A program made the translations under genes and the position numbers. A stretch of DNA of 64,000 nucleotides from an uncultured Chloroflexia bacterium (lineage in GTDB: Bacteria > Chloroflexota > Anaerolineae > JAAYZQ01). The notes below the pieces were generated by a model. It did no database searches, had not been told where the DNA came from, and saw nothing but the letters and a program-made list of their open reading frames with translations. Shown here one piece after another: positions 1 through 9,876 of the stretch; position 1 is the first letter of the stretch; each line of letters opens with the position of its first letter. The DNA is taken from NCBI GenBank assembly GCA_963700285.1, contig CAVOXA010000010.1, positions 32,001-96,000 on the forward strand, given 5' to 3'.

Positions 1-335
1 ATGGCGAACCCCTCGGGGTCGTAGCCATAGATGTAGAAATAGGGCGAATCCTCTGCCTGGACGTTGCCTACCAGCGCGCCGTCGACCTCTACGACCTCAG
101 GCCAGCCCAGCAGTTGCTCGCCGACCGATTCCTCCAGTCCACCCATGGTTATGTCCATGGCGCTTTCCTGGGTGAGCACCAGGTCGGCATCGCTGCCCGT
201 GGCCATGGCGTCGTAACCCGCGCGCATCCCAGCCGCCATGGCCCCCAGGGCGATGATGGCAGCGACACCGATGGCTATGCCAAAGAGCGTCAGCAGCGTA
301 CGTCCTTTGCGGCGGAAGAGATTCTTCCAGATCAT
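1..335 (-). CDS. ABC transporter permease, FtsX/MacB family (5' part, runs off window)
   Basis: Not in the ORF track. Manual translation from ATG 335 gives MIWKNLFRRKGRTLLTLFGIAIGVAAIIALGAM..., a typical MacB-type permease N-terminus. Lies downstream of the HlyD adaptor. Confidence 0.85.
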   Translation of the reverse strand, partial: MIWKNLFRRKGRTLLTLFGIAIGVAAIIALGAMAAGMRAGYDAMATGSDADLVLTQESAMDITMGGLEESVGEQLLGWPEVVEVDGALVGNVQAEDSPYFYIYGYDPEGFA

Positions 336-423
336 AAATCACTCCGAAGAGGCATCAGGTAGCCAAGAGAACCAACAGGTCGGCCCCACAGGGCCTTCAG
401 ACTCATCTGACCAACTCGGCAGC

Positions 424-1845
424 TTATTCCGTCTCAATATCCACAAATGCCGTCATGCCCCAGCGCAGGGCCGGATCGGTTTCCTCGAATTCGATGATCA
501 CGGTGTACGTGGTGGCGCCCTGGCCCGGTGTGGCCATGGATGCGATTCGAGCGACGCGGCCGGGCAAGACTTTCTCAGGTAAGGCATCAAAGGTCAGGTC
601 GACGGGCTGGCCGGGCTGAACCACAGCTACGTCGATCTCGTCCAGGTCCGTCGTCTCCACCCGCAGATCGGCCAGGTCACCCAACACCATCACGGTCTGG
701 CCCGGGAGCACCTCCTCCCCCTCGCGGACATACACCAGGCCCACGGTTCCATCAAAGGGTACGGTCAGCCTGGCCCAGTCGAGCATAGCCTGGGCCGTGG
801 CCACCGTTTCGCGTCCCTGAGCCACAGCAGCCTCGGCCACAGCCACCTGCTCAGCCGTGGGGCCAGCCAGCAGCCGGTCCAGCGCCGCCTGGGCCTGGGC
901 AGTCTGGGCTTTTGCGGCCTCCAACCCCGCCTGAGCCTGGCTCACGGCTGCATCAGCCTGCACAACTTGGCTCTCGGCTTGGGCCACCTGCGTCTCGGCC
1001 TGGGTTACCTGGACTTGACTCAATGCCTTTTGGGCTCGGGCGTTCTCTATAGCAGCTCGTGCCGGCGCCAGGTCCGTTTGGCGAGGTCCAGCGGCCAGCC
1101 GATCGTACTCTGCCTGCACCCGCTCCAGATCGAGGGTCGCCTGCTCCAGGGCTAGCGCCTGGGGCGAGTCGCTGGACCTGTCGGTGTGGTCGTACTGCGC
1201 CTGGGCCAGACGGACAGCTGCGCGGGCCTGCTCCAGACCGGCGCGGGCGCTGGCCAGTTCCTCCGAACGGGCGCCAGCCTGGGAACGCAGCAGTTCAGCC
1301 TCTGCGATCTTGATGCCAGCCTCGGCAATGGTCACCTGTGCCTGGGCAACCGCTACTGCATCCTGAGCGGCGGCCACCGCCGAATGGGCCTGGCCCAGCC
1401 CCGCTTCAGCGGCCTCGACCTGCGCCTGAGCGACCGCCTCATTGGACTGAGCAGCGGCTACGGCCTGTTGCGCCGACGCCACGTCCTGCGGGTGGGCGTC
1501 CGCCTTGACTTGGGCCAGGTTGGCCTCTGCGGAAAAAAGGGCCGCTTCCGCTTCGGCGACCGCCCTTTCCAACTGGATGGCGTCAAGCTCGGCAAGCAAA
1601 TCCCCGGCCCTTACATCTTGACCTTCCTCCGCATACATGGTGGTCACCGTGCCCCCCATGGGGAAGCTCAGGTTCGCCCACCGGGCCGGGCGTACCTCAC
1701 CCGTAGCTGAAACAACGTTGACTTCATCGACGGTTGGCGCGACGTCGGTCGTGTCAGAACTGTCTGACGAACCACCAGCATCGCAGGCCACGAGCGAAAG
1801 CGACAGCAGGAGCAGGATGAGAATCACTGATAGTCGGGTATGCAT
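424..1845 (-). CDS. Efflux periplasmic adaptor (HlyD/MFP family) lipoprotein
   Basis: Start MHTRLS after an AGGAGG RBS; lipobox LVAC; long Ala/Gln coiled coil; lipoyl halves (GGTV..VRAGD, PFDGTV); C-terminal LRWGMTA. Confidence 0.9.
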   Translation of the reverse strand: MHTRLSVILILLLLSLSLVACDAGGSSDSSDTTDVAPTVDEVNVVSATGEVRPARWANLSFPMGGTVTTMYAEEGQDVRAGDLLAELDAIQLERAVAEAEAALFSAEANLAQVKADAHPQDVASAQQAVAAAQSNEAVAQAQVEAAEAGLGQAHSAVAAAQDAVAVAQAQVTIAEAGIKIAEAELLRSQAGARSEELASARAGLEQARAAVRLAQAQYDHTDRSSDSPQALALEQATLDLERVQAEYDRLAAGPRQTDLAPARAAIENARAQKALSQVQVTQAETQVAQAESQVVQADAAVSQAQAGLEAAKAQTAQAQAALDRLLAGPTAEQVAVAEAAVAQGRETVATAQAMLDWARLTVPFDGTVGLVYVREGEEVLPGQTVMVLGDLADLRVETTDLDEIDVAVVQPGQPVDLTFDALPEKVLPGRVARIASMATPGQGATTYTVIIEFEETDPALRWGMTAFVDIETE

Positions 1846-2144
1846 GCAAATACCTCCTTGAAAGACACAACGGCGCTGAACCGGCCAGATTCCCGTGCGC
1901 GTCGCGACAGAGAACCAACCCGAAACCCGTTTCGGCGCCTCTCCAGGTCTCACTCTACTTCAGAAAACTGGCTGTAGCTTGACACTCACGGGCCATCTTG
2001 AGGACAACCACTCGACAGTCACTGTCAGAAAGACCCATACCCGACAGGCCACCACGCCATCTTTTCTGGGGGAGAGGGCGCCTCAGTCAACATACAGGCA
2101 AGCCAGATGGCCGCTGTTCGCCCTTGGCCACCAGCACTGTTCAG

Positions 2145-2780
2145 CTATTGACCCGACGCGCCAGGGTTTGCTGGCGCACTTTCCCACATCCTGAGGAATT
2201 CTCGCACCTGATCGGAGGAATGCAAAAGGGCAAACCGAGTCACTTGCCGCCCCAGATCCTTCAGGCGCTGCTCTAGTTCAGGATCCTTTGGGCGCCCGGC
2301 GGCATCAAAGGCCTTCCATGCCTCGGAGATCGAGACCTCCTCGGGGATCACCCAGGCATGGAGCGCCCGGCCAATGGTTCGCAGGGTGTTGAGCGCATGC
2401 GCGGCCCCCGTCCGTCCACCGGAGACTCCGACGAGACCGATCATCTTGCCCTCAAATTCTCGAAAGCCCATGAGGTCCAATGCGTTCTTTAACACGCCGC
2501 TCAAGCTGGCATGGTAGACTGGCGTCCCCAGAAGGATGCCGTGCGCCTCAGCCACGTCCTGGCGCATCTGGAGCACGCCAGCCGGATAGCCATTCTCATC
2601 CCTGCGTCCATCACAGAAGGTGAGATCGTAGTCACGCAGATCGACCAGATGAGTCTGGGCTCCCACCTCTTCCGCACCCTGCAGGGCAACTCGAAGCGCC
2701 AGACGCGTGTAGCTGGCTTCTCTTAGACTGCCACAGATACCAACAACGCGGATGCATAGTTCAGCACTCTCTGGCTTCAT
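2145..2780 (-). CDS. NADPH-dependent FMN reductase
   Basis: GSLREASYT, TPVYHASLSGVLKNALD and SGG motifs. Confidence 0.92.
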   Translation of the reverse strand: MKPESAELCIRVVGICGSLREASYTRLALRVALQGAEEVGAQTHLVDLRDYDLTFCDGRRDENGYPAGVLQMRQDVAEAHGILLGTPVYHASLSGVLKNALDLMGFREFEGKMIGLVGVSGGRTGAAHALNTLRTIGRALHAWVIPEEVSISEAWKAFDAAGRPKDPELEQRLKDLGRQVTRFALLHSSDQVREFLRMWESAPANPGASGQ

Positions 2781-2829
2781 GGCATCTCTCCGGCCCGGCG
2801 CTCGAGGTACCCTGGCTTCGCAAGGCAGA

Positions 2830-3165
2830 TCAGCTCATCACCTTGGTCACGACAAAGATGTAGCGCAGTGTACCTGAGCCCGTGTTTACCACATCGTGAT
2901 CCGACTGCGGGGGACAGTAGGCAGCGACCCCGGGCTCGATGGGCAACGGATCGTGCCCATCGATCTGTAGCTCACCCTGCCCTTCCAGGACCGTGATCAA
3001 TTCTTCCCAACCCTTGGTGCTGTGCATGCCCACCGAACTGCCTGGGGCAAGCGTGACCACACCCGAGTGCAGGGCCAGGCTGTCTGGAGGTCCCTCCAGT
3101 ACAGGCAAATAGCTTGATGTTCCACCACCAAGTGAAATTAGGCGAGGCTGAGGGTTGTCTTCCAT
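2830..3165 (-). CDS. Cupin domain protein
   Basis: HS..WEELITVLEGQG and P..DHDVVNTG cupin motifs. Confidence 0.85.
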   Translation of the reverse strand: MEDNPQPRLISLGGGTSSYLPVLEGPPDSLALHSGVVTLAPGSSVGMHSTKGWEELITVLEGQGELQIDGHDPLPIEPGVAAYCPPQSDHDVVNTGSGTLRYIFVVTKVMS

Positions 3166-3316
3166 AGCTTTACCAAGACCTTTCTGTCAAGGATCTTCTC
3201 TCGCCCTGCATCGTTCGAGTGTACCGTGCAAATCCGCCAGCAAACCAGGAATAGGGGGACAATCTCCGGTCTTGTCCCTGACCAGCATGGGCACAAGCAC
3301 CGACCCAAAAGAAAAG

Positions 3317-3389
3317 CACCCCCAGCAGGATTTGAACCTGCGACCGACGGCTTAGAAGGCCGCTGCTCTGTCCTCTGAGCTATGGGGGC
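3317..3389 (-). tRNA. tRNA-Arg(TCT)
   Basis: GCCCCCATAGCTCAG...GCGGC CTTCTAA GCCGT...GGTTCAAATCC...TGGGGGTG cloverleaf; CCA not encoded. Confidence 0.95.
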
Positions 3390-3473
3390 GAACAAGCTAT
3401 CAGCTCTTGGCCTACAGCGGTCAGCAAGAAGTAATTGCCTCATGCTTGAACTGCTGATAGCTTCATGGTTGAT

Positions 3474-3502
3474 ATTCTAGCCCAGGATCGGCTGGTTGTC
3501 AA
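3474..3502 (-). promoter_or_regulatory. Sigma70-type promoter for tRNA-Arg
   Basis: TTGACA-17 nt-TAGAAT on the minus strand. Confidence 0.75.
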
Positions 3503-3568
3503 ACCCTAGGCTGTTGGACAGCGCCAGGAGGTATATTGCAACCTTTCGGGTGACTTGTGCAGAGACGC

Positions 3569-3648
3569 CGTCATTCTGAGTGAGGCGAAGAATCTCGGCT
3601 GCGTACAGGTGAGATTCTTCACTCCGCTGCGCTTCGTTCAGAATGACA
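3569..3648. repeat. CGTC-type REP-like palindromic element
   Basis: CGTCATTCTGAG..GAAGAATCTC ... GAGATTCTTC..TCAGAATGAC nested inverted repeat in an intergenic region. Confidence 0.7.
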
Positions 3649-3707
3649 TGCGCCGGGCCTTATGTTATCCAGATATCTGCAATACACCCAGTACCAGGCT
3701 GGCAGTC

Positions 3708-4130
3708 TCAGTCCAAAAACCGCGCCAGGCCGCCCTCCGCTAACCAGGCTCGAAAGCTGTCCAGGTCGGGCAGTACCACGTCGGACAAGTGGCGGACCAC
3801 CCAGTTGGCCGCCATGGGCGAGATGGTGACCAGCGGCTTACCTGCCCGGAATCCCTCCCACATCTCGATGGCCGTGCCCATGCTGGCCTTGGGCGCAAAG
3901 GCCACCACCACGTCGGCTTGGCCCGCCAGGTCGGCCAACTCCAACAGCGTGGCCTTGGAGGTGTCATCGTCATAGTCCACGCCGTTGGGGTGGAGTTCAT
4001 TGGGATCCACGATCACCCAATCCGGGTGATGGGCCAGGATCGCCTCGGCAATGATCCGGCGGTAGTCTTGGGTGTCAATGTAGCGGTCCAGCCGTGAGCC
4101 CTGCATGATACCAGCGATGAAAACCTGCAC
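3708..4130 (-). CDS. Nucleoside 2-deoxyribosyltransferase-like protein
   Basis: VFIAG N-terminal strand, ADVVVA and SMGTAIE motifs. Confidence 0.65.
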   Translation of the reverse strand: MQVFIAGIMQGSRLDRYIDTQDYRRIIAEAILAHHPDWVIVDPNELHPNGVDYDDDTSKATLLELADLAGQADVVVAFAPKASMGTAIEMWEGFRAGKPLVTISPMAANWVVRHLSDVVLPDLDSFRAWLAEGGLARFLD

Positions 4131-4252
4131 GCTACACCTCTCTATCGTGTGCTTCGTAGTACGGGCTACGTGTTGCGTGTTTCGTGGTGCGTGGTCTGGA
4201 CATCACGCTCGCAACGACGAATCCCTGGTCCCTGGTATCCAGTCTCTGGCCC

Positions 4253-5467
4253 CTAGTGCCGGTAGGGCAAGAACTCGGCGCCCAGCAACTCGCGGGCAAT
4301 GACCAGGCGCATGATATTCATCGTTCCCTCGGCGCCGATGGAATAGGAGCGGATGCCGCGGATGCCCATCTCGACGGGACACTCTTTGGTGTAGGCCATG
4401 GCCCCAAACCAGTCGGCCACCTCGTTCATGATGGAAAAGCCCACCTGGGGCGCGCGGAGCTTGGCCAGAGCCGCGGCCAGGGCGATGTCGTAGTGGGTCT
4501 TGGTCCCTGGCCCGTACTTTTGGTCCATCGTCCACGCCGCCTTGTAGACCAACAGACGCGTGCTCTCCAGGTTGGCATAGTGATCGGCCAGGGGGAAAGA
4601 AATACCCTCGTATGCAGCCAGGGGGCGGCCAAAAGCCTGTCGCTCCTTGACGTGCTCCATGCCCATCTCCATCACCGCCTCGGAGGCGCCCACACAGGTA
4701 GCTCCAATGAGCACGCGTGCCGCCGAAAAGCCCTCCATGGCCTGGTAAAAGCCACGGTTCACGTCGCCCACCCGGTGGGCATCAGGCAAGCCCACATCCT
4801 CCAGGGCAAAGCCTCCAGTGGAGATGCCCATCCGCCCCATATCCTTGAAATAGGTGGGGGTGATGCCCGGTGTGCCTTTCAAGGGCAGGGCGAAAAAGGT
4901 AAAGGCCCTGTGCTCGGCACCAGGGTCTGGGTCCGTACGAGCCAGCAGCAGGTGGACGCCGCCCATTTCCAGCGATTCGCGCACGCCGCTGATGTACATC
5001 TTTTCCCCGTTGAGGACCCAAGCGTCCCCCTGCTGTACCGCCTTGGTCCGGCAGGTCCCCAGAATGTCAGACCCACCCCCAGGCTCGGTGGTAGCAATGC
5101 CCAGGAAGGCTTCGCCAGCCACTACCTTGGGCAGGGTTTGGGCCTTGAGTTCCGGCGTGCCATACTGGTCCAGGATAAAGCCCCAGGCCGCTTCCACCAG
5201 GTAGAGTACCGGCACTGCCAAACTGATGTCGGCCCGTCCCAGCTCCTCGGCGGCGATGGCGGCCAGGGTCCAGTCCATGTCCGCGCCACCGTACTCTTCA
5301 GAACAGACTGGAGCCAGCAGGCCCAGGCGAGCCATGCCTTTGATGATCTCGCGTGGGATACGCTCCTCCGTGTCAATCTCGCGCACCCGTGGGGCGATCT
5401 CCCTTTGGGCAAAGTCGCGCACCGTCTGCCGCCAAAGCCGTTGTTCCTCGCTCCAACCAAAGTCCAT
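4253..5467 (-). CDS. Acyl-CoA dehydrogenase
   Basis: MDFGWSEEQ start, TEPGGGSD, LNGEKMYIS, RQAFGRPL, EGT.NIMR. Confidence 0.93.
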   Translation of the reverse strand: MDFGWSEEQRLWRQTVRDFAQREIAPRVREIDTEERIPREIIKGMARLGLLAPVCSEEYGGADMDWTLAAIAAEELGRADISLAVPVLYLVEAAWGFILDQYGTPELKAQTLPKVVAGEAFLGIATTEPGGGSDILGTCRTKAVQQGDAWVLNGEKMYISGVRESLEMGGVHLLLARTDPDPGAEHRAFTFFALPLKGTPGITPTYFKDMGRMGISTGGFALEDVGLPDAHRVGDVNRGFYQAMEGFSAARVLIGATCVGASEAVMEMGMEHVKERQAFGRPLAAYEGISFPLADHYANLESTRLLVYKAAWTMDQKYGPGTKTHYDIALAAALAKLRAPQVGFSIMNEVADWFGAMAYTKECPVEMGIRGIRSYSIGAEGTMNIMRLVIARELLGAEFLPYRH

Positions 5468-5565
5468 AGTCGTCCCCCTGCTCATGAGACTGGGAATGGT
5501 AGTACGTATTGCGTGGTACGTATCACGACAGAACACCCAACCTATTGTTGGTCTTGCCGCTGGAT

Positions 5566-5606
5566 GAAAAGTGCCAGGCATGGTGTGGTACCTGGCACCT
5601 TTTTCA
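5566..5606. terminator. Hairpin, probable intrinsic terminator
   Basis: AAAAGTGCCAGG...CCTGGCACCTTTTT between the dehydrogenase and acyl-CoA dehydrogenase genes. Confidence 0.5.
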
Positions 5607-5658
5607 AACGTGGGCCATGGATTTCCCCAGCCGCCTTGTTGGCTAGTCTTGGCCCTTT

Positions 5659-6752
5659 CTACAGCTTGCCGGCGATGGCGCGCGCCATATCCAGGGTACC
5701 GCTGTCACCACCCATGTCGTAGGTACGGACCTTCCCCTCGGCAATGACTGCCGCCACGGCCCCTTCAACCTGGGCCGCTTTTTCGCCTTCGCCCAACCAG
5801 TCGAGCATCATCTTGGCCGCCAGGATCGTGGCGATGGGATTGACCTTGTACTGGCCGGCGTACTTGGGCGCCGAGCCGTGGGTCGGCTCAAAGACCGCAT
5901 AGTCCTTGCCGATGTTGCCACTGCAGCCAAAGCCCAGCCCGCCCACCATCTGGGCGCACAGGTCCGAGATGATGTCGCCAAACAGGTTGGTGGTGACGAT
6001 CACATCGTAGTTGAAGGGGTTCTTGAGCAGCCACATGCCCATGGCGTCGATGTTGGCGTTGTCAAAGTCGATGCTCGGGATACTCGGCCGCCACCTTGCG
6101 CGCCGCATCCATGAACACGCCATCGGTCTGGCGCAGGACATTGGCCTTGTGGACCGCCGTCACCTTCTTGCGGTTGTGCTGCCGCGCATACTCGAACGCC
6201 GCCCGCACGATCCGCTCCGACCCGCCCGGCGTGATGGCCCGGAAGGAGATGGCTGCATCACGCGGGATCTTTTCCATGCCTTTGACCGCATAGAACGCTT
6301 CCGGCACCTGGGCATACTCGACGCCGACATACATGCCCTCGGTGTTCTCGCGAAAGACCACCAGGTCGATGCCGTCCTTGTAGTTCAGCGGGTTGCCCGG
6401 ATAGGCCTTGCAGGGGCGCAGGCAGACGTACAGATCCAGCAGCTGTCGCATGCGCACGATCGGGCTGCGATAGCTATAGCCCTTGCCCTGCAGTTCCGGG
6501 GCCAGCTCCTTGTCTGCCACGTCCTTGCCCTTGGACGTGATGGCACCAAACAAGGCGCAGTCGGTCTCCTTCATCATGTCCAGTGTGCGCTGCGGCAGCG
6601 GATCACCCTCCGCGCACCAGAACTCCCAGCCGATATCGCCGTGGACATACTCGGCCTCGAGGCCGATGCTTGTCCAGCACAATCTGGGCCGCATCCATCA
6701 CCTCGTTGCCAATACCATCACCAGGCATCAGCGCAATCCTGTACTTTGCCAT
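5659..6752 (-). CDS. Isocitrate/isopropylmalate/homoisocitrate dehydrogenase family protein (two +1 frameshifts, probably artefacts)
   Basis: MAKYRIALMPGDGIG, RENTEG, VHKANV, NLFGDIISD, FEPTHGSAP spread over three frames. Removing extra bases at about 6668 and 6073 gives a 363-aa ORF. Confidence 0.88.
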
Positions 6753-6818
6753 TGCTCAGTCCTCCTTGATGTTTTCCTGATCTTTTCTAGCGTACGAGTA
6801 CCTGACTGGGTACAATTC

Positions 6819-7904
6819 CTAGGGCTTGGGAGCAACCAAGTGCCGCTGGCGCCTGGAACGTACCAAGTAGCCGATAGCTGGCGGTATAATGACCAGCATC
6901 ACCAATTGTCGCGTCAACTGCAGGGCTGCCACCAGCCGGATGTCACCACCCAGGTCATGGGCGATGACGGGCATGGTACTGGCTCCCCCGGGCACGCCAC
7001 ATAGTAGCGCGGTGACCGGATCGAGGGGTGTGAGTTCTGACAACCCCCAACCCAGTAGCAGGCCCACACCGATCAGCACCGCAATCATGGCGGCTGCCGG
7101 CACCAAAACCTGGCGCAGCTTGCGCAGGCTAGCCTTTGATACCTGGCAGCCCACTGAGGTTCCGATGAACAACATGGCCGCATGCCGAAACGCTGTGGGC
7201 AGAGGGCCGAGATCAGCGCCCACCAGATTAGCACCACCCACGACCAAGATGGGCCCCACCATGTCGCCGGTTGGAATGCCAAGCTTGAGCGCGAGCAGGC
7301 CGCCAAACACACCCAAGGCGAGGGCAGCCAATGACGACGCCAAGCCCGCTGGTTCTTCCACCGCCGGAGCCAAGGACGCCCCTGCAGAGAGCCCCGTCAA
7401 CAATGGTATCACGAGTGGGATAACCAACAGAATGGTCGTAAGTCGCGAAAAATGGATAGCAGAGACCACCGTCGAGTCAGCACTCACGTCCTCGGACAGG
7501 GCTGCCATCGCTGGCAGCCCCCCTGGCATCGCACTCATGATTGCGGTTGCCCAATCCAGGCTGGTATAGCGGGCCAGCGCCCACCCGAGGAGCGATCCGA
7601 CAGCCAGAATCACTGCGATGAGCCCGAGCATGGGCAGGAGAGCAGCCTGAAGAGGAGCCAAGAGGTCAGGGCCAAAAGCCGCTCCGATGACCGTGCCCAG
7701 CAGCAGGCGCCCAGCCCTTCCGAATCTCCCCCGCCAGGATCCGGGTTCGCCACCTAGCAAACGATAGATGCCGCTGGCTACCAGCGCTCCGGCAATGATG
7801 CCCGCAGTCAGTCCGAGGGCCTGGCCGGCCAGCGCACCGACGGCCCCGACCGAGAGCACTACCAGTCCCTGGCCAAGCTCGGAGAGCCAGCCCCGGCTGC
7901 GCAT
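6819..7904 (-). CDS. AbrB-family membrane protein (AbrB duplication)
   Basis: Two hydrophobic halves, each with a PGG motif followed by H/Q..R. Confidence 0.85.
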   Translation of the reverse strand: MRSRGWLSELGQGLVVLSVGAVGALAGQALGLTAGIIAGALVASGIYRLLGGEPGSWRGRFGRAGRLLLGTVIGAAFGPDLLAPLQAALLPMLGLIAVILAVGSLLGWALARYTSLDWATAIMSAMPGGLPAMAALSEDVSADSTVVSAIHFSRLTTILLVIPLVIPLLTGLSAGASLAPAVEEPAGLASSLAALALGVFGGLLALKLGIPTGDMVGPILVVGGANLVGADLGPLPTAFRHAAMLFIGTSVGCQVSKASLRKLRQVLVPAAAMIAVLIGVGLLLGWGLSELTPLDPVTALLCGVPGGASTMPVIAHDLGGDIRLVAALQLTRQLVMLVIIPPAIGYLVRSRRQRHLVAPKP

Positions 7905-7908
7905 CCTG

Positions 7909-8406
7909 CTATTTGATCCCCAGTTTTCTCTTGACGTGGGGAACCAATCCGCCTGTATCCAGGATCTCCATCACCGATGGAGCCAGCGGCGGGAAGCTGT
8001 ATTCGGCGCTGGGGGTTGTGACCACGCCCGTATCAAAGTCGATGGTGACCGTGTCCCCCGTCTCGAGGGTGTCCACCGCATCACAGGTAACGATGGGCAG
8101 GCCCTCGTTGATGCAGTTCCGGAAGTAGATACGGGCGAAGGATCGAGCCACAATGGCGCCCACACCTGCCTCCTTCAAGCAGATGACCGCCTGCTCGCGC
8201 GAGCTGCCACAACCCCAGTTCTTCCCCGCAACGATGACGTCGCCCTGCCGGACATTCTGAACGAAATCAGGATCCAGATCCTCCAGGGCGTGCTCGGCCA
8301 TCTCCATGCGATCGGAGATGCTATAGGTATACTTGCCCGGAAAAATGACGTCGGTGTTGACATCGTCGCCATACTTCCACACGCGGCCCGTGATTCGAGT
8401 CTCCAA
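7909..8406 (-). CDS. leuD: 3-isopropylmalate dehydratase / homoaconitase small subunit (LeuD/HacB)
   Basis: GDDVNTDVIFPGKY, NWGCGSSREQA, SFARIYFRN. Specificity uncertain. Confidence 0.9.
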   Translation of the reverse strand: METRITGRVWKYGDDVNTDVIFPGKYTYSISDRMEMAEHALEDLDPDFVQNVRQGDVIVAGKNWGCGSSREQAVICLKEAGVGAIVARSFARIYFRNCINEGLPIVTCDAVDTLETGDTVTIDFDTGVVTTPSAEYSFPPLAPSVMEILDTGGLVPHVKRKLGIK

Positions 8407-8498
8407 GTGCTTCCTCCTGCGTTAAAAGGGTTGTGAAGGGGCAAAAAGGCTCAAGGCAAGGCCGTTGCGCCCGCCAGTCCTTCCTACCTATTCCCGAT

Positions 8499-9839
8499 CT
8501 ACTCGTTCCAGGTGACGGCAATCCGCTGGTATTGCCACCCCCGTACCGGGTCATTGCCGGCACTGGTTCCCACGATCTTGCGCTGGTTAGAGCCATCGGC
8601 ACTCATGGCCATCACCGCCCAACTCGTGCCATTCTGGTCGCTCAGGTAGTAGATGATCTTGCCATCCGGCGACCAGGCCGGCAGTGCGTCGTTGCCTTGG
8701 TTCTTGGTGAGCTGGCGTTTCCCCGAACCATTGGCATGGATGGTATAGACCTCAAAATCGCCATCGCCCTTGCTCCAATAGGCGATCCTGGTCCCGTCCG
8801 GCGAGACAGCCGCGCCACCACCCCCATCTTCGGTGAGCTGCCGCTTCCCGCCACCATCCGGGTTGATGCGGAAAATGCCGCACCTGTTGTTCTCACACGA
8901 ATCATAGGCAATGAAACCGCCCTTTAGGCTCCAGTTGGGCCGCAGACCAGGCGTCAGTGGGTGATTGTCCGAGCCGTCCTGATTCACCAGATAGACCTGG
9001 GGCTGGCCGTACAGATCCGTATAGGCCAACTGCTTGCCGTCCGGGGACCATGTCGGAAAGGAGGACTCTGAGTTGTCCACGATCCGCGTCAATGTCTCTT
9101 TGTCCGAATCCCAGATGTGGAGCCCATCAGTCCAATGATAGAAAGCCAACTTGACACCGTCGGGAGAAATCGCCGGCTCACTGGCCCGGCCTGCCCCTTC
9201 TACCTTCACGATGTCGCTGCCGTCCCCATTCATGCCCCACAAGCTATAGTCCTGGAGGTCTGGCCCCTTGAAGGCGGTGTAAACCACATAGTAGGATCTG
9301 AAAGATGTCGGCTCGGACACCGGCTCAGCGGTTGGCGTATTCTCGGGCGGGTTGTCCGTCTGCTTGGGCTCGGGCGCAACAGAGGTGGCCGAAGGCTCCA
9401 CGGGCTGGGTGGTCGCCAATTCCGTCGCCGTGACCTCTACCGAGGGCGTTTTCTTGGTCTTTTTCCCGGAAGAGGTCGCTTCTGCTGCCGGTGTATCTGT
9501 GGGCTGAAGCACCGTTGGCGCTGCCGCAGCCTCAGTTGGCGTTACTGTAGCCTCAGGCGGAGTCTCCGTCGCAATTGGCGTAGCCGTGGCTTGAGGGAGG
9601 ATCTCTGTCGGCGGAGGCGTATCGCTGGGTACAACCTCAGGCAAAGGGGTGAAGGTGGCCGTCACGACCACGATCACGGGTTCAGGGGTGAAAGTAGCTG
9701 TCACAACTACAATCTGCGTGGTCGGATCTGGCCCACTACATCCCAGCAGTACAGCCGCGACAACCAGAGTTAGCAGCAGGGGGGCAACAGCCCTTGTCCA
9801 GTGCGGGCGAGTCCAGGCACAGCGATTGGCATCAGTCAC
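8499..9839 (-). CDS. Lipoprotein with Pro/Thr-rich linker and TolB-like (PD40) beta-propeller
   Basis: Lipobox LLGC; TATFTP repeats; repeated P.WSPDG motifs. Confidence 0.8.
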   Translation of the reverse strand: MTDANRCAWTRPHWTRAVAPLLLTLVVAAVLLGCSGPDPTTQIVVVTATFTPEPVIVVVTATFTPLPEVVPSDTPPPTEILPQATATPIATETPPEATVTPTEAAAAPTVLQPTDTPAAEATSSGKKTKKTPSVEVTATELATTQPVEPSATSVAPEPKQTDNPPENTPTAEPVSEPTSFRSYYVVYTAFKGPDLQDYSLWGMNGDGSDIVKVEGAGRASEPAISPDGVKLAFYHWTDGLHIWDSDKETLTRIVDNSESSFPTWSPDGKQLAYTDLYGQPQVYLVNQDGSDNHPLTPGLRPNWSLKGGFIAYDSCENNRCGIFRINPDGGGKRQLTEDGGGGAAVSPDGTRIAYWSKGDGDFEVYTIHANGSGKRQLTKNQGNDALPAWSPDGKIIYYLSDQNGTSWAVMAMSADGSNQRKIVGTSAGNDPVRGWQYQRIAVTWNE

Positions 9840-9876
9840 GCGGCCTCTCCCTCTCCAGAAAAGAAACCTGACCCAG

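Noticed and set aside
2014-2026. GACAG-TCA-CTGTC palindrome upstream of the HlyD/ABC exporter
   Set aside because: A single short palindrome. It is a plausible operator but cannot be distinguished from chance here.
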